From: Candidatus Zixiibacteriota bacterium
GTDB taxonomy: Bacteria > Zixibacteria > MSB-5A5 > GN15 > FEB-12
Direction: 5' to 3'
DNA: 64,000 nt
NCBI GenBank assembly: GCA_035380245.1
Contig: DAOSXA010000002.1
Coordinates: 268,625-332,624, forward strand
Shown here: positions 37,749 through 45,960 of the stretch, one piece after another
Layout: each line of letters begins with the position of its first letter
Position numbering within the stretch: position 1 is the first letter of the stretch
Notes under the pieces: generated by a model
The model's database searches: none
What the model saw: only the letters and a program-made list of their open reading frames with translations
Told to the model about the DNA's origin: nothing
Translations under genes and position numbers: made by a program

Positions 37749-37879
37749 ACGCTGGATCGCACAGCTAAGCGGCTGATATGCAGGACTTTACGCAACCGCC
37801 CGACAAGTCCGAAGGGACTCGGAACGGAAACATGATCGGTGCTTACCCGGAAAATTTTATCTAGCTGAGTGTCACGACA

Positions 37880-38092
37880 TTAGTCTTGTGGCAGACCATA
37901 CTTGGCGAGTGTTTTATTAATCAGTCGATCCATTGCCTCGTTAAAACGTTCTTCATCAAAATAGGTACCGGTTGTTTTTTGATAAAGCGGGCAATCGGTT
38001 TTATAACCGAAACACTTCAATTCTTCGGCCATGTAGCAAGCCTTGAGATAGGCACAGCGGACTAGTTTGCGGGAAGTTTGATTGGTATTCAT
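37880..38092 (-). CDS. 70-aa four-cysteine protein of unknown function
   Basis: ORF MNTNQTSRKLVRCAYLKACYMAEELKCFGYKTDCPLYQ..., with cysteine spacing C-x5-C-x7-C-x6-C and a helical acidic/basic C-terminal half. No obvious SD. Lies between two flagellar operons. Confidence 0.4.
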   Translation of the reverse strand: MNTNQTSRKLVRCAYLKACYMAEELKCFGYKTDCPLYQKTTGTYFDEERFNEAMDRLINKTLAKYGLPQD

Positions 38093-38226
38093 AGACTGTC
38101 AGTCGGCACAATTCGGGTAAACTTGAATCGCCGCTCAATCTTTGAACAGAGACGTCTCTGCAGTGTATACCATACATGTGAAGCGGCTTGCAGGAGCACG
38201 GAAACAAGCAAGAAACCGGTTGCCAG

Positions 38227-38251
38227 ATCGGCGCCGAGCAGCTATATTTGA
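38227..38251 (-). promoter_or_regulatory. Sigma28-like promoter upstream of the 70-aa Cys4 ORF
   Basis: Minus strand reads TCAA-N15-GCCGATCT. This predicts a leader of about 130 nt. Confidence 0.4.
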
Positions 38252-38368
38252 AATGCTTGAAGATATAGACTGACAGTTACTTACAGCGTACACACTTAGC
38301 AGCGACGAAATTTCACAGATGTAGCACTGTTTTTGCTTGACCAGAGATCAAAGCAAAGGGAAAAGCAT

Positions 38369-39127
38369 ATGACCAAGTGCGTTAGACTAGTTACCACCAT
38401 TCTGGCTTTATTCGTTATTTGTTGCGGGAGTTCAGCCCTGGCTCAAGGAACTGATCCCGGCACACCTGACACACTCAGGATCGAATCGATTACCGCCTAT
38501 CAGGGTTCTCCGGCTGAAGTGCCCGTTTATTTCTATAACGATGAGAATCTGGGCGGTGTCGAGATAACCCTGGAATTCAATTCATCCGACATTTACATCG
38601 ATTCCGTATCGTTTGTCGGTAGTCGTGTCGAGACCATGTCGTCGACCGGCTACACCGCCGGCGGCACTACGGTTACATTCTACGTGATTGGATTCTCCGA
38701 TGTTATCGAACCGGGCTCGGGACTTCTGGCCACCCTGCACTGCGGTTACCCCTCCACTATCACGCCTCAGATCGTTTCCTTCGACACCACTACGATCATT
38801 TCGGGAGACGTAGAATACTCAACGACTTTTTCCGATGAATTGGCTCAGTATTACATCCCCGAGTTCGTGTCCGGACAGATCGACATTCAAGAATCAGGCT
38901 GTTGTATTGGCGATCGCGGGAATATCAACAATAGTGAAGACGACGTTCTGGACATATCCGATGTTGTTTACCTGGTCAATTATATGTTTCAACAGGGGCC
39001 TGCCCCGGTTTGTATGGATGAAGCCAACGTCAACGGCAGTGAATTACCGGAGCCTGATATTTCCGACCTCGTTTATCTTGCGTCTTATATGTTCAACCAG
39101 GGACCGCCGCCGGTGCCTTGTCATTAG
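38369..39127 (+). CDS. Secreted protein with a cohesin-like N-domain and two dockerin-like C-terminal repeats
   Basis: This is the only plus-strand gene. Signal peptide MTKCVRLVTTILALFVICCGSSALA-QG. Cohesin-like beta segment (LRIESITAYQGSPAEVPVYFYNDENLGGVEITLEFN). Tandem repeats GDRGNINNSEDDVLDISDVVYLVNYMFQQGPAP and EANVNGSELPEPDISDLVYLASYMFNQGPPP. I prefer the ATG at 38369 over the track's TTG at 38333. Confidence 0.65.
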   Translation: MTKCVRLVTTILALFVICCGSSALAQGTDPGTPDTLRIESITAYQGSPAEVPVYFYNDENLGGVEITLEFNSSDIYIDSVSFVGSRVETMSSTGYTAGGTTVTFYVIGFSDVIEPGSGLLATLHCGYPSTITPQIVSFDTTTIISGDVEYSTTFSDELAQYYIPEFVSGQIDIQESGCCIGDRGNINNSEDDVLDISDVVYLVNYMFQQGPAPVCMDEANVNGSELPEPDISDLVYLASYMFNQGPPPVPCH

Positions 39128-39155
39128 TACCGACTGTCGCAGACAACAAATACAT

Positions 39156-39185
39156 GAAACGGCTCGTCACAAGACGAGCCGTTTC
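39156..39185. terminator. Bidirectional hairpin terminator between convergent genes
   Basis: GAAACGGCTCGTC-acaa-GACGAGCCGTTTC, a 13-bp perfect stem lying between the plus-gene stop (39127) and the fliJ stop (39216). Confidence 0.7.
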
Positions 39186-39215
39186 TATTGTGGGAATAGG
39201 ACTGGGTCAGAGAAC

Positions 39216-39659
39216 TTATTCTTTACGCCGGAAACTCACTACCGCGGTTTCGTCGTCTTCTTTCGTCTCAAGTCGATGGACTTCCTTGTTGAACTTCTTC
39301 TGCTGGCGCTCCTTGAGTTTTTCGAACACCTTCTTTTCACGCGAGGCTTCTACCAGTTTCATCCGTTTTTCTTCTGCTTCATGATCGAGTGCCTGCAGAA
39401 GCTGTTTTCCCACGAGTTGATCGCGCTTGAGTTTCATCAAATACCTGGAATAAACCAGCATTTCCGCTACTGACATCTTGCCAATCAGGACATCACGCTG
39501 TTCATCGTAGGTTGTCAGCCGCTTCTTTTCGATATCGGTCAACTGATCCCGCTGGCGCATGACTTTTCGAACCGCCTCACCATGATCCTTCTGACGTTCC
39601 CGTTCGAGATGCTCTTTTACTTTCAGCAAGGCTTCCAAGCGATATTTGAACTTCTTCAT
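39216..39659 (-). CDS. fliJ: Flagellar export protein FliJ
   Basis: 147 aa coiled coil. MKKFKYRLEALLKVKEHLERERQ is a typical FliJ start. It directly follows fliI. Confidence 0.8.
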   Translation of the reverse strand: MKKFKYRLEALLKVKEHLERERQKDHGEAVRKVMRQRDQLTDIEKKRLTTYDEQRDVLIGKMSVAEMLVYSRYLMKLKRDQLVGKQLLQALDHEAEEKRMKLVEASREKKVFEKLKERQQKKFNKEVHRLETKEDDETAVVSFRRKE

Positions 39660-40988
39660 TTACTTACTCTTTCCATCGACCAGGATTTCTCCCAGCCGCT
39701 TGACAGATTCCTCGTGGTCAACCTCTTCCATGATCGCCTGTCGAAACAATCCGTTCAACTCATCCATTTTGGTGATCGCTCGATCTATCCGTGGGTTTGA
39801 TCCTTTGGCGTAGGCTCCGATATTGATCAGGTCTTCAGCCTCGCGATAAACCGACATTATCTCGCGTGCTTCAGCCGCCAGGGCAGCTTCTTCCGGCTTA
39901 CTGATATCCTTCATCAATCGTGAGATAGAATCCAGGACATCCACCGCCGGATACTGATTCAACGAAGCCAGACGACGCGAAAGAGCAACATGGCCATCGA
40001 GAATCGAGCGGACGGCATCGGAGATCGGTTCGTTGAAATCATCTCCTTCCACCAACACCGTATAAAGACCGGTGATCGAGCCCTTGTCGTTCAAGCCGGC
40101 TCGTTCCAGAAGGTTCGGCAGGAGCGCAAACACCGAGGGTGTATACCCCTTGGTCGTTGGCGGTTCACCAATCGCAATGCCGATTTCGCGTTGCGCCATG
40201 GCGATTCGCGTCAGGGAATCCATCATCAACATGACGTCCATTCCCAGATCACGGAAGTATTCCGCTATCGTAGTCGCCAGCATGGCCCCCTTGATTCTTA
40301 TCAGGGCCGGTTCATCCGAGGTTACCGCGACTACCACCGTATTTTTCATTCCTTCGGGCCCCAGGTCACGCTCGATAAACTCGCGCACCTCACGACCGCG
40401 CTCACCGATTAAAGCTACCACGTTGACATCGGCGCTCGAACCCCGGGCTATCATCCCCAGTGTGACCGATTTACCCACACCGCTGCCGGAGAAGATTCCC
40501 ATACGCTGACCCTTCCCCACTGTACAGGTCAGATCAATCACCCTGATACCTGTCCTGACCGGTTCTGCGATACGGCGACGTTTCAACGGTGAAATCGGAC
40601 GGCCGTTGATCGGTCGAGTCGCTGTCGTGGCAATCGGTCCGTGCCCGTCAATCGGCTGACCGAGCCCGCCTAGAATGCGCCCGATCAACTCCTTCCCTAC
40701 CGGCAGGCGCAGTTGTTCGAAAGTTGAGGTAACGATGGCTCCCGGACTGATGCCGGAAATCGGCCCTAACGGCATCAGCAAAATGCGATCATCACGAAAA
40801 CCGACCACTTCAGCCAGCACCCGCGTATCGGAATCGTAGTTTTCTATCTGGCACAGCCGGCCTATCGAAACCGCCGGTCCCGCCGACTCGATTACCAGCC
40901 CAATCACCTGCGTAACCTTACCGAAATGCTTGACCGTGCGAGTATTGGCGATTCGCTCGGAATACATGTCATAGGCGACATCGATCAT
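39660..40988 (-). CDS. fliI: Flagellum-specific ATPase FliI
   Basis: 442 aa. Walker A GIFSGSGVGKS, Walker B VMLMMDSLTR, and overall F1/T3SS ATPase sequence. Confidence 0.95.
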   Translation of the reverse strand: MIDVAYDMYSERIANTRTVKHFGKVTQVIGLVIESAGPAVSIGRLCQIENYDSDTRVLAEVVGFRDDRILLMPLGPISGISPGAIVTSTFEQLRLPVGKELIGRILGGLGQPIDGHGPIATTATRPINGRPISPLKRRRIAEPVRTGIRVIDLTCTVGKGQRMGIFSGSGVGKSVTLGMIARGSSADVNVVALIGERGREVREFIERDLGPEGMKNTVVVAVTSDEPALIRIKGAMLATTIAEYFRDLGMDVMLMMDSLTRIAMAQREIGIAIGEPPTTKGYTPSVFALLPNLLERAGLNDKGSITGLYTVLVEGDDFNEPISDAVRSILDGHVALSRRLASLNQYPAVDVLDSISRLMKDISKPEEAALAAEAREIMSVYREAEDLINIGAYAKGSNPRIDRAITKMDELNGLFRQAIMEEVDHEESVKRLGEILVDGKSK

Positions 40989-41701
40989 TGTTCCGACTCG
41001 CTTCGGCTAATTACTTCTTCGATTACATCCATCTGCGATTCAAGCCGTGCATCCACGTCGCCGGTAGGTGTTTCGATGAAACAACCGCCGAACTTCACAC
41101 GCGGATCAGCCTGGAAGGTAATTTCCTTAATTGTTGCATTCCCCTTGAGGAATTCGTTCAGATGCTGTTCCACCAGCGGCAGATGGTCGGGATTGACTTT
41201 GATTTTGAGACGGCTGCGATCGATAAGAGTGTCGATCACTCCGGATATCATCCCGATAGTGGTTTCGGGATCGACTTCCACGGCTTCGAACGTCACTTTG
41301 CGGCTGATTTGAATTACCAGATCGAAAATCTTCTGCTTGGCTTGTTGGAGCATACTTTCGCGTTGATTCACGGCAGCTTTGATCGCTGCTTCGAAATTCT
41401 GCACCACTTCACCGGATTTGGTCAGTCCCTCACTCTTACCGCGGCTGTAACCGTCCTGATACCCTTCCTCACGTCCTCTACGGAAGGCTCCATCTCGTTC
41501 ACTGTCGATAAAACGACTGATCCGTTCGATCTCCTGGATCGGGATCAACTTGGCTCCGTGAATATCGGTGAGCACTTCGATCTCCGGCAGGATGTGGCGA
41601 AGCTGTTGCTCCGCCTTATCCTGACGCGAGAGATTGATCTGACTCTCACCGATCGAAACGCTGCTCTGCGCTTCGATAACATGACGCAGTACTCTAGACA
41701 A
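40985..41701 (-). CDS. fliH: Flagellar assembly protein FliH
   Basis: FliH-like centre and C-terminus (GREEGYQDGYSRGKSEG...VNPDHLPLVEQHL...DPRVKFGGCFIETPTGDVDARLESQ). The track ATG at 41800 overlaps fliG by 107 nt. The TTG at 41701, preceded by GAGGA-N5, overlaps by only 8 nt, so I prefer it. Confidence 0.8.
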   Translation of the reverse strand: MSRVLRHVIEAQSSVSIGESQINLSRQDKAEQQLRHILPEIEVLTDIHGAKLIPIQEIERISRFIDSERDGAFRRGREEGYQDGYSRGKSEGLTKSGEVVQNFEAAIKAAVNQRESMLQQAKQKIFDLVIQISRKVTFEAVEVDPETTIGMISGVIDTLIDRSRLKIKVNPDHLPLVEQHLNEFLKGNATIKEITFQADPRVKFGGCFIETPTGDVDARLESQMDVIEEVISRSESEQ

Positions 41702-42704
41702 TGATATCCTCTTTGCCGCCGCGGCCGGAGATGATAATCTGGCCTTCTTCTTCGAGTCGCCTGACGGCTTCGACAATTCTTCCCTGGGCCGCTTCGACAT
41801 CGGACAGACGCGTCGGCCCCATGAACTCCATCTCTTCCTTGATCATGACCGACACACGTTCGGAAACGTTGCTGAAGATCTTGTCGCGGACCTCTTCGCT
41901 GGCCGCCTTGAGCGCCAGTGACAGATCCTTGGTCTCAACCTCCTTAAGCAGACGCTGGACGGAGCGGTCATCGAGAAGAACGATATCGTCAAAGACGAAC
42001 ATCATATTTTTGATCTCAGCCGCCAGATCGGGGTCTTCCGCTTCGAGCGACTGGAGAATGTTCTTTTCTGCGGAGCTGTCGATCAGATTGAGGATTTCGG
42101 CAATAGCCTTGGCGCCGCCGGAGATCGACATTTCTCCGGTTCCGGTGCGTTCGAAATGTCCTTCCAGGGTTTGTTCTATCTCGCGTAGAATCTCCGGAGC
42201 GATCTTTTCCATAGTCGCCACTCTCAGGGCAACTTCCGACTGCAACTCAGGACTTAATTCGGAAAGAACCGCCGCCGCATGTTGAGGATTCAGTTGCGTG
42301 ATGATAAGCGAAATGGTTTGCGGATGCTCGTTTTGCAGGAAACCGGTCAACTGCTTGGCATCGATGTCCTTCAGTAATGAGAATCCGGTCGTGGTGATCG
42401 ATGACTCAAGGCGCTTCATGATCTCCTGCGCCTTGTTCATCCCTACCGCCTTCTCCAGAATCGACTGGGCGAAATCGACACCACCCTGAGAAATGTACTG
42501 CCGAGCCATGAAGATCTGATGACATTCTTCCATCACCTTCTCTTCGATCTCGGGCGGGACATCGCGCAGATTGGCGATTTCAACCGTGATCTGTTCCAGG
42601 TCGGCTTCCGGCATACCCTGAAGCACCAGCGCCGAGACTTCCGATCCAAACGCCACCAGGGCAACCGCCGCCTTTTGCAGACTTGTCATGTCTTCATAGT
42701 TCAT
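41694..42704 (-). CDS. fliG: Flagellar motor switch protein FliG
   Basis: 336 aa. LQKAAVALVAFG....A..VL..M......I..EIA and a C-terminal MFVFDDI motif. Confidence 0.95.
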   Translation of the reverse strand: MNYEDMTSLQKAAVALVAFGSEVSALVLQGMPEADLEQITVEIANLRDVPPEIEEKVMEECHQIFMARQYISQGGVDFAQSILEKAVGMNKAQEIMKRLESSITTTGFSLLKDIDAKQLTGFLQNEHPQTISLIITQLNPQHAAAVLSELSPELQSEVALRVATMEKIAPEILREIEQTLEGHFERTGTGEMSISGGAKAIAEILNLIDSSAEKNILQSLEAEDPDLAAEIKNMMFVFDDIVLLDDRSVQRLLKEVETKDLSLALKAASEEVRDKIFSNVSERVSVMIKEEMEFMGPTRLSDVEAAQGRIVEAVRRLEEEGQIIISGRGGKEDIIV

Positions 42705-42717
42705 GAATCAAATCTCC

Positions 42718-44271
42718 TCAGTCGGCCATCATGGTCTTGATGACTCGGGCTATTTCCTCAGGCTGCTCCTTGGCCGCTTCCTGCATACGGTCGACCAATC
42801 TCGGCTGCCGTTTTCTCATATCGAATTTGTCTTCTATCGATTCCGCTTCGGTCTGCTCGGCTGACGGTTCCGGCGAAACTATCGTTCGCGGCGCCTGATT
42901 GGCAATACGACCGATACCGGCCCAGAATTTCTTGAGCTTCTTCCTCGCCCAAAGAAGAGCGATGGCCAGCAACAAGAAATAACCTACCTTGCGGGCAATG
43001 TCGTAATAGAACTCGCGGGTGTACATCGAATCGAGCGCCTGACGGTCTTGATCCAGATTTTGACGGTCGAAAGCGATGTTGACCATTTCGATCTGGTCAT
43101 TACGTTCCTGGCTGAATCCCACCGCATTCTTAACGATCGATTGCAGTCGATCCAGTTCCTCGGGCGAACGCGGCTGGTAAACCATTTCTCCGCTTTCATC
43201 CGCAGCCGGCGTATAGACACCGTCGACCAAAACCGCGATGGACATCCGGTCTAGCGTTCCCATCGCGTCGATGACATGCTCAACCGTTTTGTTCAACTCG
43301 TAATTGGTAATGGTCGTTTCCGACTCGTCCTCCGAAGAACTTTCCTGATCCTCGGGGGCTTTGTCGGAATCGGCGCTGCTGGTCTTGGTGCGTTCTTCCG
43401 ACCGTACTGACGGGTTGTTCGCATCGAACAACTCCGAGGTTCGTTCGAGTTGCTTGAAATTCAACTCGGCCGCGATTCGCACCACCGACTTGCCCGTACC
43501 GAGCACCTCGTCAAGCATCGACTGGGCTTTGCTGGCCAGGTGCTTCTCCACTTCCTGAGTCAGCTCCAACTGCGAGGCGCTGAGCCCGACCACCGGATCG
43601 GAATCGGTTCCTGACGAAAGCATATTACCACCGTAATCAACGATAGTGATATTATCCGGTGTCAGTCCCTCAACCGATGATGCTACCAGATGTGAAATCC
43701 CCGCTACCTGGTGTTTGGTTATTCCGCCGGGGCTTTTCAGTTTGAGCACCACGGAAGCGGTCGCCGCCTTTTGATCCTCACGGAACAACCGTTCCTTGGG
43801 CATCACGATATGCACCCGGGCCGCTTGAACCTCATCCAACTGCATGATCGTCTTGGTTAACTCGCCCTCCAAGGCCCTGCGAAAATTCAGGTTTTGCAGA
43901 AAGTCGGTCATGCCGAGGTTGTTCTTGTCAAAGATCGAATAACCCATCGAACCGTTGCGCGGGAGCCCTTCGGTTGCCAATGCGATACGAGTCTTGTAGA
44001 CATCGGACGAAGGCACCTCAATCGTGCGTCCTCCGTTCGTCAACTGATACTCGATCTTGTTGTCGTTAAGCCAGGCGGCGATTTCTCCCGCTTCCTGTTC
44101 GTCCAGATCGGAGTACAGGCGGGTATAGGTCACGGTATTCAACCAGCCTACCAGAAAAACCACACCTACCAGCGTCCCGGCAATAACACCCAATAGCATC
44201 ATTACCTGACTGGCGGACAATCGCCCGACAAAATCGGTTAAGTTCTTAAGAAGTTTTTTAGTCCCTTCCAT
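42718..44271 (-). CDS. fliF: Flagellar MS-ring protein FliF
   Basis: 517 aa. N-terminal TM helix, YSDLDEQEAGEIAAWL...IEY..., ARVHIVMP and a second TM helix near the C-terminus. Confidence 0.95.
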   Translation of the reverse strand: MEGTKKLLKNLTDFVGRLSASQVMMLLGVIAGTLVGVVFLVGWLNTVTYTRLYSDLDEQEAGEIAAWLNDNKIEYQLTNGGRTIEVPSSDVYKTRIALATEGLPRNGSMGYSIFDKNNLGMTDFLQNLNFRRALEGELTKTIMQLDEVQAARVHIVMPKERLFREDQKAATASVVLKLKSPGGITKHQVAGISHLVASSVEGLTPDNITIVDYGGNMLSSGTDSDPVVGLSASQLELTQEVEKHLASKAQSMLDEVLGTGKSVVRIAAELNFKQLERTSELFDANNPSVRSEERTKTSSADSDKAPEDQESSSEDESETTITNYELNKTVEHVIDAMGTLDRMSIAVLVDGVYTPAADESGEMVYQPRSPEELDRLQSIVKNAVGFSQERNDQIEMVNIAFDRQNLDQDRQALDSMYTREFYYDIARKVGYFLLLAIALLWARKKLKKFWAGIGRIANQAPRTIVSPEPSAEQTEAESIEDKFDMRKRQPRLVDRMQEAAKEQPEEIARVIKTMMAD

Positions 44272-44332
44272 ACCAAATCCTATTTATTCCCGATCAGCGA
44301 CCTGTCCATGGCCGCTAAAACCAGCCGCTAGC

Positions 44333-44653
44333 CTACATCGGCATTTGCGACAGTTCGTTATATGCGCTAACCAATTTATCCCGAATTTCCAGAAGCAGCT
44401 CCATGGCTACTCCCGCTTCCTCGGCCTTGATCATCACCTGATGCAGCTCTACCGGATCCCCGTTCAAGAACGCTTCCTGCATCTTGTTGGAATCCATTTG
44501 CAGATCGTTGACCGAATCGATCAGCTTCGACAATTCTTTGGCGAAGCCGCCGCCGTCCGTTATCTCGGAACCGCTGCCGGTCTTCTGCGTCGGGTTTAAT
44601 TTCTCGATCAGACCGGGAACGACCCGGTTGATATTGATTGCGCCCGGTTTCAT
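44333..44653 (-). CDS. fliE: Flagellar hook-basal body protein FliE
   Basis: 106 aa. FAKELSKLIDSVNDLQ......FLNGDPVELHQVMIKAEEA.....LLEIR.KLV.AY.E is the FliE pattern. Confidence 0.9.
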   Translation of the reverse strand: MKPGAININRVVPGLIEKLNPTQKTGSGSEITDGGGFAKELSKLIDSVNDLQMDSNKMQEAFLNGDPVELHQVMIKAEEAGVAMELLLEIRDKLVSAYNELSQMPM

Positions 44654-44655
44654 GG

Positions 44656-44979
44656 TTAGGCCTTTACGTCAATCCAGGCGCCTACACTATTGGAAGCGCC
44701 GGAATCATCGGCCGTCTCGGTCACAAAACGCTCATGCCCGCGGAATCGCGAGAAGAGCAAATCGAGCGCCTGGCGCTCTTCGACCGAAAGGAACTCATCA
44801 TAGGAACCTTTTTCAGCCTTTACAGCTATGCGAGAACTGCCGGTGGAGTCCGACGCATCGATCGCAACCTTGTCGGTCGTTTGCGTTGTCTCCGTTGCCG
44901 TCTGCTGCTGCTGGGCCGCCGGATTATCCCGGCGTATCAGTTCCTGGTAAGACTGAATGCCAAGAGGGTTGATCTTCAT
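44656..44979 (-). CDS. 107-aa unknown protein inserted between flgC and fliE (FlgM-like features)
   Basis: MKINPLGIQSYQEL..., then a Q/T-rich low-complexity stretch, DKVAIDAS, and RIAVKAEKGSYDEF. The start resembles the B. subtilis FlgM N-terminus, and the central motif resembles the FlgM (K/R)(I/V)A..K....G.Y pattern. Tight junctions: 18 nt after flgC and 2 nt before fliE. Confidence 0.5.
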   Translation of the reverse strand: MKINPLGIQSYQELIRRDNPAAQQQQTATETTQTTDKVAIDASDSTGSSRIAVKAEKGSYDEFLSVEERQALDLLFSRFRGHERFVTETADDSGASNSVGAWIDVKA

Positions 44980-44997
44980 CTTTCTGTCCTATTCCTA

Positions 44998-45492
44998 TTA
45001 GATATCCAAAGCATCTTTTGCCATATTCTTCGCCGCCGAAATCGCTACCGTATTGGCTTCATAAGCCCTTGAGGCGGCCATCATGTCCACCATCTCGGTT
45101 ACGATTTCGACATCCGGCATCTGAACGTAGCCGTCCTCATCGGCGTCCGGATGCGACGGATCATAGACCAGTCTGAATTTTGCATCGGGGTCGACGACCG
45201 CGTCTCCCTCGACTGTAGGCAAATCCACGCCATCGGTTGAACGATAGCCATGACTGGTCATGTGGCGGTCGGAAGTACGCGCCAGTTTGACTGAAGCGGT
45301 GTTGAGCATTGAATTGAAAGTACCCTTAACCTCATCCTGTTCCACTACCACCCTTTGGCGACGGTAGGGACCACCTTCGGGCGTTCGCGTCGTTTCCGCG
45401 TTGGCCATATTTTCGGCCACCACGTTCATCTTTTTGCGCTGAACCGAAAGGCCCTGCGATGAGATTTCAATCGCTCCAAGTATTCCCGACAT
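44998..45492 (-). CDS. flgC: Flagellar proximal rod protein FlgC
   Basis: 164 aa. ..GL..QR.KMNVVAENMANAETTRTPEGGPYRR and C-terminus GYVQMPDVEIVTEMVDMM.ASRAYEAN. Confidence 0.95.
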   Translation of the reverse strand: MSGILGAIEISSQGLSVQRKKMNVVAENMANAETTRTPEGGPYRRQRVVVEQDEVKGTFNSMLNTASVKLARTSDRHMTSHGYRSTDGVDLPTVEGDAVVDPDAKFRLVYDPSHPDADEDGYVQMPDVEIVTEMVDMMAASRAYEANTVAISAAKNMAKDALDI

Positions 45493-45506
45493 AACCTATA
45501 CCCAGT

Positions 45507-45920
45507 CTACGGTGTCTCGATTGCCTTCCTAAGGCTATCGAATTTATCCTTGAGCAAACGCGCTCCGACGGTGTAGATCAACTCATTCTGAGCCAGACCG
45601 GAGATTTCCTTGTCGGCATCGACTGAGTTCATTTCTCCGTCGGTCACTTTGGCTTCGTTGACTTCCGGAGCCTTGCTCGCATGATTTCCCAGCGGTATGT
45701 GATTCTCGTGAGTCATGGTTCCACTTAGCTCATCCGAGGATTCGGTTACACGGCGGAACTCCTCAAAAAAGTTGATATCCTTACTCTGATAGCCGGGCGT
45801 TGAGGCATTGGCAATGTTCCCGCTAATCAATTTGTGGCGAAACGAAGCCACATCCATGAACTTGCCGAGGTTGCTCACTCCGGACTTTTGAAACATGAAA
45901 TCAGCAATTTTATCAGCCAT
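45507..45920 (-). CDS. flgB: Flagellar proximal rod protein FlgB
   Basis: 137 aa. SFRHKLISGNIANASTPGYQSKDI and C-terminus E...LAQNEL.Y.......LK.KF..L..AI. Confidence 0.9.
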   Translation of the reverse strand: MADKIADFMFQKSGVSNLGKFMDVASFRHKLISGNIANASTPGYQSKDINFFEEFRRVTESSDELSGTMTHENHIPLGNHASKAPEVNEAKVTDGEMNSVDADKEISGLAQNELIYTVGARLLKDKFDSLRKAIETP

Positions 45921-45960
45921 ACAGAATCACTCATCCACAGTTTTTCTCGCTCGAACCTAT

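Noticed and set aside
38322-38337. TAGCAC-TGTTT-TTGCT upstream of the plus-strand cohesin/dockerin-like gene, and the track's TTG start at 38333.
   Set aside because: The first G of the near-invariant GG doublet is A, so I do not list it as a promoter feature; I mention it only as a lead. The TTG start adds 12 hydrophilic residues before an obvious signal peptide, which itself begins at an ATG (38369).
41702-41800. The upstream ATG start of fliH, which gives a 107-nt overlap with fliG.
   Set aside because: The extra 33 residues are low-complexity (K/S/A/P-rich) and would overlap the conserved FliG C-terminus. A TTG with a good SD gives the usual short overlap.
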